37,561 nt of DNA from the NCBI GenBank assembly GCA_039679675.1, contig JBDKUN010000047.1:1-37561 (forward strand), read 5' to 3'. The translations under genes were made by a program, and so were the position numbers. This DNA is from Armatimonadota bacterium. Lineage in GTDB: Bacteria > Armatimonadota > UBA5829 > DTLH01. Positions 1 to 7,104 of the stretch are shown one piece after another (positions within the stretch are counted from its first letter, which is position 1; the number at the start of each line of letters is the position of its first letter). The notes under the pieces are model-generated. The model was given only the letters and a program-made list of their open reading frames with translations. It did no database searches and was not told the origin of the DNA.

Positions 1-113
1 CGAAAATGGCAAAATCGAACACCGGCAATGGCTGCAGGACTTACAGATCATATATGGACAATGCGGGAACTGGTATCCTACAGGCCACCGCCAAGTTAGT
101 TAATGCCACTACC
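1..113 (+). mobile_element. IS1-family insertion sequence, 3' end (transposase C-terminus plus right terminal IR), truncated by the contig edge
   Basis: Frame 1 reads [32 protein letters not shown] (stop 97-99). [14 protein letters not shown] is a typical IS1-family transposase C-terminus. The end reads 5'-GGTAGTGGCATTAAC on the minus strand. Exact inverted copy at 37441-37553. Confidence 0.8.
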
Positions 114-168
114 TGCTTTCGTGATTAAACCCATCCGTGTTGGAAGATAAAACCTCATTATCGGATTC

Positions 169-546
169 TCAGCTTGCTCTGCCGACCATCACACCGGCGC
201 CAAGCGCGGCTATTCCGAGGGTGATTTGCGCGATCACATTTCCGCAAGCGAGCATCCACTGAGCTGATCTCAGCATCTTGGCTGTTTCGAATGCAAGCGA
301 GGAGAATGTGGTGAACGCGCCCATAAACCCTACAAGCAGAATCACTCTTGTTTCCGGGCTGATGTTGAGCTTTCTCTGCGCGAGCGCATATATTAACCCG
401 AACAGGAAGCTTCCGAGGATGTTGACGGTGAAGGTTCCGAGTGGAACCGGCCCGCCCTTTACTTTCGCCGCTGCTTCGCACAAGGCGAAACGGCTGACTG
501 TGCCGCACGCGCCGGCGAGCGACAGCCATAGCATCTTCTGCAACAC
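169..546 (-). CDS. crcB: Fluoride channel Fluc/CrcB
   Basis: 125 aa, 4 TM helices, GTFTVNILGSF and GFMGAFTTFSS motifs. GGAGGT RBS at 557-562. Upstream fluoride riboswitch. Confidence 0.96.
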   Translation of the reverse strand: MLQKMLWLSLAGACGTVSRFALCEAAAKVKGGPVPLGTFTVNILGSFLFGLIYALAQRKLNISPETRVILLVGFMGAFTTFSSLAFETAKMLRSAQWMLACGNVIAQITLGIAALGAGVMVGRAS

Positions 547-572
547 GACCGATATGACCTCCGGTAGGTAGA

Positions 573-623
573 TACAGGAGTCATTATCCCATATCGGGCG
601 GTTGCGGCGGACTCCATCACCGG
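573..623 (-). ncRNA. Fluoride (crcB) riboswitch
   Basis: Minus strand GGTGATGGAGTCCGCC-GCAACCGC-CCGATATGGG-ATAATGACTCCTG matches the consensus GGCGATGGAGTTCGCC...TAATGACTCCT, including the GGAGTC/GACTCC pairing. It lies in the crcB leader. Confidence 0.93.
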
Positions 624-657
624 CGCGGGCATTGTTGCTCGTACCGCGACTGGTTGT

Positions 658-666
658 ATTATACCA
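658..666 (-). promoter_or_regulatory. Extended -10 promoter (TGGTATAAT) for riboswitch-crcB
   Basis: ATTATACCA on the + strand, about 35 nt upstream of the riboswitch. Confidence 0.6.
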
Positions 667-676
667 TATTAGCCTG

Positions 677-704
677 GTAGCTTTCAGCCGTTAGCAGTCA
701 GAAT
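677..704 (+). repeat. Degenerate heptamer tandem array
   Basis: GTAGCTT|TCAGCCG|TTAGCAG|TCAGAAT. Related arrays at 30079-30099 and 35415-35449. Confidence 0.55.
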
Positions 705-971
705 GTAAGAGTTCACTCTCAATGAGAATTATACATCGACCTGGACAACCAGCACGTCATCATGGACGGGAGCACGTCACCCTGAACTATGGAGTTTCAG
801 GTTATACCTGAAACTCGCCCGGAAGATTTTCGGCTATAGCCGAAAATCCATAGATTCAGGGTCCATTTTTTTCCTGGATGCTGAGTCAAGCTCAGCATGA
901 CGTTATGGTAGCTCAGCATGATGTTATGGACGTTCGAGATGATGTTGAACTCAACAACTTTGAACTCTTAC
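705..971. mobile_element. MITE/REPIN-like non-autonomous element, copy 1 (267 bp)
   Basis: Perfect 11-bp TIR GTAAGAGTTCA (705-715) / TGAACTCTTAC (961-971). Two inverted CGTC-tagged hairpins (775-863, 877-902). Homologous inverted copy at 22180-22359. Confidence 0.8.
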
Positions 972-985
972 GTTAGTATTGCTGA

Positions 986-1606
986 TCAAAGCCAGATATT
1001 TCCGGCTTTTTCTGCTCCGATGGTAGAGGAAGGCCCGTGGCCGGGATAGATGACCGTATCATCCGGGAGGATGAGGAGTTTCTGATGGATAGACAGTGTC
1101 AGATCGTCCAAAGACCCGCCAAGGAGGTCAGTCCGTCCGGTTGTACCTGCGAAAAGAGTGTCTCCGGTAAAAATAATGCTGCCGCTTGCGAAGCACAGCC
1201 CGCCGGGTGAATGACCGGGAGTGTGGATGACTTTAAATTCCGTCTCACCAATGTGTAATACATCTCCATCCTTCAAAAACTCGCCCAGCCGGGGCGGAAT
1301 GTAGCGGGCGGGGTCGAAAAGCGTCGCAACCAGGTCCTTGTACTCTCCGAATTGAGGGACATCGGCCTCATGCATAAGGGCATAGACATCGAAAACTTTC
1401 TGAACCTCTCCAGCGGAAAATACATGGTCCGGGTGGCCGTGGGTGAACAGTATATGCTTTACATCAGCTCCAGCGGCGCACACAGCGGCCTCGATCTCTT
1501 CCGGGGCATCTCCTGGGTCGATAATCACGGCGGCATTGGTTGCCTCATCGATGACCAGGTAGCAGTTGGCGGCAAGCTGGCCAACTGCCAGCGCTTGAAT
1601 CTTCAT
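986..1606 (-). CDS. MBL-fold metallo-hydrolase (glyoxalase II/YcbL-like)
   Basis: THGHPDH, HTPGHSPG, GDTLF and PGHG motifs. Common position downstream of rel-dtd. Confidence 0.92.
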   Translation of the reverse strand: MKIQALAVGQLAANCYLVIDEATNAAVIIDPGDAPEEIEAAVCAAGADVKHILFTHGHPDHVFSAGEVQKVFDVYALMHEADVPQFGEYKDLVATLFDPARYIPPRLGEFLKDGDVLHIGETEFKVIHTPGHSPGGLCFASGSIIFTGDTLFAGTTGRTDLLGGSLDDLTLSIHQKLLILPDDTVIYPGHGPSSTIGAEKAGNIWL

Positions 1607-2575
1607 CTATTTACATTCATCCTTTGATTGCCGCCGTATGCGTTCAAGGTTGGCGGCGTCGTAATCGTCCATTCTCCCGGCTTTCCGGTAGTGGATATGT
1701 GCTTCTCTCCTAGATCCCTGGCCTATGTAGGCGTCTGCGAGGATGGCGTGATAAGCCCTGTCGTCAGGTTTCAGCTTTACAGCCCGCTCCAGTGCTGCGA
1801 CTGCATCGTGGGGGTATCCGGCTTTCATATAAAGCACCCCAAGCCTGAGGTTATAGTAGGCGTCCAGCGGCGAGAAAATGGTTGCCTGCTGCATCTCGAT
1901 TATCGCGTCGCCAAGTCTGCCGGACAGTGTATAAAGGTCTCCGAGTGAGAAATGATAAAACCCATCAGTTTCCGTTACCTGGACTGCGATTTCCAGGTGG
2001 AGTATGGCCTCGTCCAGAAGCTCGATCTGCGCAAGCGCATCGCCCAGTTTGTAGCGGTAGAACGGGTTCAGCGGGTTATACCGGACGGCTTTTCGATACT
2101 CGGCCACGGCGGAGTTAAGCTTGCCGTAGCGCTTGTATATCTCAGCCAGCCCGAAATGCGGTTCGGCGCGGCGCGGGTTGAGCTTCAGCGCGCGACGGTA
2201 CTCGCCTACAGCTTTGACTGACTCATCCGAATACGCATAGGCGTCACCGAGCCTCTCGCGGAAGTGTGCGTTATTGCCCTGCATCTGCACCGCCTTCCGG
2301 TAGTGGATTATGGCGTCGTCAACGCGGCCTTCATCGCAAAGCCAGTCGCCTATCTGTGCGCGGTCATGAGCTGTAGGCTCCGGACGCTTTTCGGGAAGCA
2401 ATTTCGGGTCCCGCCGCATCCGGCCTTCGAACTGCTCATCTTCACGCTCGTTATGTTCGAAATTCTGGTCTTCCATTTTATAGCTATCAGCTTTCCAGAT
2501 TGGTGGAAAGTGCGCTTCGGGACGAACTGGGGAGTGTTGTTTCGGGACACCCTTGTCCCGAAACCTGTCTCTCAA
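1607..2575 (-). CDS. Tetratricopeptide repeat protein
   Basis: About 7 consecutive 34-aa TPR units (LG..Y...G...A...Y..A....P). The start could instead be the ATG at 2476. Confidence 0.88.
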   Translation of the reverse strand: MRDRFRDKGVPKQHSPVRPEAHFPPIWKADSYKMEDQNFEHNEREDEQFEGRMRRDPKLLPEKRPEPTAHDRAQIGDWLCDEGRVDDAIIHYRKAVQMQGNNAHFRERLGDAYAYSDESVKAVGEYRRALKLNPRRAEPHFGLAEIYKRYGKLNSAVAEYRKAVRYNPLNPFYRYKLGDALAQIELLDEAILHLEIAVQVTETDGFYHFSLGDLYTLSGRLGDAIIEMQQATIFSPLDAYYNLRLGVLYMKAGYPHDAVAALERAVKLKPDDRAYHAILADAYIGQGSRREAHIHYRKAGRMDDYDAANLERIRRQSKDECK

Positions 2576-2591
2576 ACACCCACTATTCCTG

Positions 2592-3047
2592 TTACCTGTT
2601 CCCTAGCTCCTCGCTATCTATAACGATTGTCACCGGCCCATCGTTTTTTATCGAAAAAAGCATTTTAGCCTGGAATTGGCCCGTTTTTACGGGGACTCCC
2701 AGGCTCTTGAGCTCATCAACGAACCTGTTATACAGTAATCGGGCTTGATCTGGAGGGGCTGCCATATCGAACGCCGGCCTCCGGCCCTTCCGGCAGTCAG
2801 CGTATAAAGTAAATTGCGATACGACAAGCGCCTCAGCCTTCATATCGAGCAGGGAGAGGTTCATTTTCCCATTATCATCCTCGAAAATCCGAAGGTTCGC
2901 TATTTTGTCGGCGAGTTTTCTTATTACGGAATCATCGTCGCCTTTTGCGACACCGAGAAGGATGGCAAGCCCGCGGCCTATCCTCGAAATCTCCTCGCCG
3001 CCGACCTCTACGGATGCCGACCTTACCCGTTGTATGACCACCTTCAC
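2592..3047 (-). CDS. dtd: D-aminoacyl-tRNA deacylase
   Basis: MKVVIQRV, SQFTL, KGRRP and NDGPVT motifs. Confidence 0.97.
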   Translation of the reverse strand: MKVVIQRVRSASVEVGGEEISRIGRGLAILLGVAKGDDDSVIRKLADKIANLRIFEDDNGKMNLSLLDMKAEALVVSQFTLYADCRKGRRPAFDMAAPPDQARLLYNRFVDELKSLGVPVKTGQFQAKMLFSIKNDGPVTIVIDSEELGNR

Positions 3048-3050
3048 GGG

Positions 3051-5261
3051 TTATTTTACCCTGCCTGACGAATGGGCTGCCACACGTTCTATCTTGAGTA
3101 TATCAGACAGCCGGTTAACACTTATCATCAGGTTGTTAAGGTGCTGGACATCGCGGACATCTACGGAGAGCTCCAGAAGCGCTCTCTTATCGCGCAGCGA
3201 CTTGATCTTGGCGGAGGTTATATTCGTGTTTGCCGACGAGAATATCGACGATATATCGTTCAGCAGGCCGACGCGGTCCAGCGCTTCGATCTGTATATCC
3301 GCCTGGTAGCGGGAGCCGTCAGACTGGTCCCATTTTACTTCGACCAACCGGTCGGGTTCCGTCTGCCGATATGCGAGCACGTTCGGGCAGGTAGTGCGGT
3401 GAAGCGACATACCTTTTCCTCGGCTGACGTAACCGACAACCTCGTCTCCCGGAACAGGTGCGCAGCATCTTGCACGCTTGATGGCGACGCTGTCTATCCC
3501 TCCGTCGAGGACAATAGCCGGTCCGCCTTCTGACTGAGTCTTGCCGGTTACAACGATAGCATCGGCAGGCTGCTCCTCGGTCCTAAGCCGGTTGAGTACC
3601 GTGGCCGGAGCTATGTGTCCGTAGCCGATGGCAGCCATCAAGTCCTCTTCGTTCTGCAGGTTGAGCGATTGCGCGACCTTCAGGAGCTTTTCTGGGCGAA
3701 GCAGTTGCTGGGCTTCCTGTCCCAGACGGTCCAGCTCGTTCTCAAGCTTCTCTTTACCGAGGGCAACGCTGTCGACAAAGTTGATGTTCCTGAAAAACCG
3801 CTTGATCCGGTTTCGGGCGTGAGACGTTTTTACGAACGATAGCCAGTCCAGGCTCGGCTGGCTGTTCGAACGTGAAATAATCTCGATTATGTCGCCGTTA
3901 TTGAATTTATACGAGAGCGGCACGATCCGACCGTTGACCTTTGCGCCGACACAGTGGCTCCCGACATCGCTGTGAATCCGGTAGGCGAAGTCAACAGGCG
4001 TCGATCCGGCCGGAAGGTCGATTACATCGCCTCTCGGCGTGAATACGAACACCTGGTCAGTAAACAGGTCATCGACCACAGACTTCAGAAACTCACTGGA
4101 GTCGCGCATATCGGCCTGCCAGTCGAATATCTGCTGCCTCAGCCATGTCATCTTCCGCTCGAACTCATCGACTGGCTTGGCCTGCTCTTTATAACGCCAG
4201 TGAGCGGCGATCCCGAAATCAGCGGTGCGGTGCATATCCCACGTTCTGATCTGGATTTCGAGCGGTTCACCCCTAGGTCCGATGACTTTCGTGTGGAGTG
4301 ACTGGTACATATTCGATTTAGGCTTGGCAATGTAGTCATCGAACCTGTCGGGAATCGGCATCCACTGGTCATGCACGATACCGAGCGCGTGATAGCAGTC
4401 AGAAACGGTGTTGACGATGACTCTCAGTGCCGAAAGGTCGTAAATCTCGCTGAAATCGACTCCTTCACGGCGCATTTTGCCGTAGATGCTGTACAGGTGC
4501 TTAGGCCGGGCTTGAATTGTGGCTTCGAGCTTTTCCTCTTCCAACCTGCGCTTTATCGTTTCTACGGCTTCCTGCAGGTCCGTCTCACGTTCCTGTCTTG
4601 TCCGCGCGACTTTCTCCGCGATGGACTCGTACTCTTCTGGATTGAGATACTTGAACGCCAGGTCTTCAAGCTCCCACTTGATCTTCCATATCCCCAACCT
4701 ATGGGCAAGCGGAGCGTAAATTTGTATGGTTTCCATGGCGACTTTCTGCTGCCGGTCCAGGGGCAGGGCAGAGAGAGTCATCATATTGTGCAGGCGGTCC
4801 GCGAGCTTGATGACCATCACCCGGAGGTCCTTAGCCATCGCAAGGAATATCTTCCTCAGGTTTTCAGCGCTTCTGCGGAACTCGACGTGCTTCTTTTTCG
4901 GGACTTCAGTCTTTTCAACATCAGGCGTTTGGACTTCAAAGTCCGCGAGTTTCAATTTTGTGACGCCATCGACGAGCTTGGCTATCTCAGGGCTGAACTC
5001 TTTTTCCAGTTGTTCGAGGGTTACATCCTGGTCTTCGACGACATCATGCAGCAGCCCCGCAGCAATGCTCACGACATCCATTTCCAGGTCCGCGAGAATC
5101 CGCGCGGTCTCAAGCGGGTGCGTTATATAGGGCGCTCCGGAAAGACGAAACTGCCCCTCATGCGCGTGCTCCGCAAACCGGTACGCCCGCTCCACAAGCT
5201 CTATATCCGCTCCCGGATTATATTTCTGTATCTGTTCTATAATGTCGTTAAATACAGGCAT
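3051..5261 (-). CDS. rel: Bifunctional (p)ppGpp synthetase/hydrolase Rel (long RSH)
   Basis: HD motif LLHDVVED, synthetase motifs RPKHLYS/YQSLHT/EIQIRT, TGS, CC and ACT domains. ATG at 5261 after GGTGGT. Confidence 0.97.
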   Translation of the reverse strand: MPVFNDIIEQIQKYNPGADIELVERAYRFAEHAHEGQFRLSGAPYITHPLETARILADLEMDVVSIAAGLLHDVVEDQDVTLEQLEKEFSPEIAKLVDGVTKLKLADFEVQTPDVEKTEVPKKKHVEFRRSAENLRKIFLAMAKDLRVMVIKLADRLHNMMTLSALPLDRQQKVAMETIQIYAPLAHRLGIWKIKWELEDLAFKYLNPEEYESIAEKVARTRQERETDLQEAVETIKRRLEEEKLEATIQARPKHLYSIYGKMRREGVDFSEIYDLSALRVIVNTVSDCYHALGIVHDQWMPIPDRFDDYIAKPKSNMYQSLHTKVIGPRGEPLEIQIRTWDMHRTADFGIAAHWRYKEQAKPVDEFERKMTWLRQQIFDWQADMRDSSEFLKSVVDDLFTDQVFVFTPRGDVIDLPAGSTPVDFAYRIHSDVGSHCVGAKVNGRIVPLSYKFNNGDIIEIISRSNSQPSLDWLSFVKTSHARNRIKRFFRNINFVDSVALGKEKLENELDRLGQEAQQLLRPEKLLKVAQSLNLQNEEDLMAAIGYGHIAPATVLNRLRTEEQPADAIVVTGKTQSEGGPAIVLDGGIDSVAIKRARCCAPVPGDEVVGYVSRGKGMSLHRTTCPNVLAYRQTEPDRLVEVKWDQSDGSRYQADIQIEALDRVGLLNDISSIFSSANTNITSAKIKSLRDKRALLELSVDVRDVQHLNNLMISVNRLSDILKIERVAAHSSGRVK

Positions 5262-5288
5262 ATTACCACCGAGCAATGAGGCTCAAGC

Positions 5289-7013
5289 CTATTTTCGGCT
5301 TTCATCGCTCCACCTTACATCTTTGACCGTGAGTTGCACGGTATCATATCCGTTGTAACTATTTGATCTTATATTATAACATAGATCAATATCCCGCCCA
5401 AGCTGGAGCATCGGTTCCAGATCGCCCAAACCAAAGGCTATGCAGTTCAATTGAGCGCCGCCCTTGCCCAGAACACGCATCTTGAGGTGAGAACCGTCGC
5501 CGACTCTTCGCCTTTCCAACAGATCGAAGTCTGTTGACACAAAAACAGGTTCCGGATTGCCTGCGCCGAACGGTTCGAGCTTGTTAATCTCTCTCAGGAG
5601 ATCCCAAGAGATCTTCTCCGGCTCGATCTTCTCGTCGATAGCGATTTTCGGGATCATATCTTCCGGCTTGATGATCTCAAGAGCCACATCATTCAATTTA
5701 GACTCGAACTGGGCCAGATTTTCCGCTTTGAGCGACACTCCGGCTGCATAAGCATGCCCGCCGGCCTTGTCCAACAACTCTCTGCACTTGTTGAGGGCCT
5801 CTATCATATTGAAAACTTCGATACTTCGCGCGGAGCCGGATGCAATTCCCGATTCTTCGTCCAGTGAGAGCAGTATTGCGGGCCGCCGGTATTGCTCAAC
5901 GATCTTGCTTGCAACAATTCCCACTACTCCAGAGTTCCATCCAGGGCGGAAAAGCACGAGAGCGCGGGTAGAGTCCAAATCCCGGTCGTCCAGTATCGCG
6001 CGTGCTTCTTCGAGTATACGCGCCTGCTCTACCTGGCGTTCAGTGTTCAACTGTTCAAGCACCTCTACCAGTTCGCGGGCTTCGCGTGCGTCCGTGGTGA
6101 GCAAAAGTTGGAGCGCGATAGCTGCATCATCCAGCCGCCCGACTGCATTTATCCGCGGTCCAAGCACAAAACCGACGCTGTGTGTAGTCAGACTGCGTCC
6201 CTTAAGGCCAGTGCGTTCGAGCATCGCCTGAAGCCCGGTCTTTTTGCTTTCCTGCAGCGCTTTCAGCCCGAATTTCGCTATGACGCGGTTCTCTCCGACA
6301 AGCGGCATAACGTCGGCTATCGTGCCGAGCGCAGCGAGGTCTAGGTATTTCTTTAAAAACTTCTGGTCGTCATAACCGAGGCGCCGGACAAGTGCCTGCG
6401 CGAACTTGAGTGCGACCCCGACTCCGGCCAGATCAGAGAACGGATAAGTGGAGTCGTGCCGTTTGGGGTTTATGACAGCAACGGCGTCCGGCAGCACATT
6501 TCCCTGTTCGTGGTGGTCCGTCACGATAATATCGACACCGAGGGTCTGCGCGTGTGATATGGTTTCGCAGGCTGTCACGCCGCAGTCGGCAGTGATGATA
6601 AGAGTCGCGCCCTGGGCATGAGCTTCTTCCGCGGTGACCGGCTTTATGTCGTAACCATCGCGTTTCCTGTGGGGGACACGATAGATGATATCGCCGCCGA
6701 GTATCCTGAGTACCCGGATAAGAAGCGCGGTGCTGGAGACTCCATCCACATCATAATCGCCATGAATAAGAATCTTCTCGCCTGTTTCGAGCGCGCGTGC
6801 TGTCCGTTCTATTCCTGCTTCCATGTCCGGCAGGAGCATCGGGTCGTGAAGATGGCTGAGAGATGGTGAAAGAAAGGCGTGCGCGTCCGCGGCGGTAGTC
6901 ACACCTCTGTTTATCAGAATGCATGCGACCGTTTCCGATATATCCGCTTCCTTAGCCAGGTTGTGCACCAGATCACTGTCACATTCCGGCGCTATCCACA
7001 TTGTGTTAGTCAT
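5289..7013 (-). CDS. recJ: Single-stranded-DNA-specific exonuclease RecJ
   Basis: GDYDVDG, TADCG, TDHH, LGTIADV, GSARS and GGHAYAAG motifs. Start set at MTNTMW (ATG 7013). Confidence 0.96.
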   Translation of the reverse strand: MTNTMWIAPECDSDLVHNLAKEADISETVACILINRGVTTAADAHAFLSPSLSHLHDPMLLPDMEAGIERTARALETGEKILIHGDYDVDGVSSTALLIRVLRILGGDIIYRVPHRKRDGYDIKPVTAEEAHAQGATLIITADCGVTACETISHAQTLGVDIIVTDHHEQGNVLPDAVAVINPKRHDSTYPFSDLAGVGVALKFAQALVRRLGYDDQKFLKKYLDLAALGTIADVMPLVGENRVIAKFGLKALQESKKTGLQAMLERTGLKGRSLTTHSVGFVLGPRINAVGRLDDAAIALQLLLTTDAREARELVEVLEQLNTERQVEQARILEEARAILDDRDLDSTRALVLFRPGWNSGVVGIVASKIVEQYRRPAILLSLDEESGIASGSARSIEVFNMIEALNKCRELLDKAGGHAYAAGVSLKAENLAQFESKLNDVALEIIKPEDMIPKIAIDEKIEPEKISWDLLREINKLEPFGAGNPEPVFVSTDFDLLERRRVGDGSHLKMRVLGKGGAQLNCIAFGLGDLEPMLQLGRDIDLCYNIRSNSYNGYDTVQLTVKDVRWSDESRK

Positions 7014-7035
7014 AATCTCTGAACCATAAATCAAC

Positions 7036-7065
7036 AGAGCCTGTGGGTTAACGCCCACAGGCTCT
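7036..7065. other. Perfect 12-bp stem-loop between secDF and recJ
   Basis: AGAGCCTGTGGG-TTAACG-CCCACAGGCTCT. A minus-strand TATAAT lies at 7070-7075. Confidence 0.7.
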
Positions 7066-7104
7066 TAATATTATACTATACCTTATGAGGGTTTTGGCCC
7101 TGTT

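Noticed and set aside
705..971. CRISPR array or tRNA
   Set aside because: There is no regular repeat-spacer periodicity and no cas genes. The cloverleaf lacks T-loop/D-loop consensus and an acceptor end.
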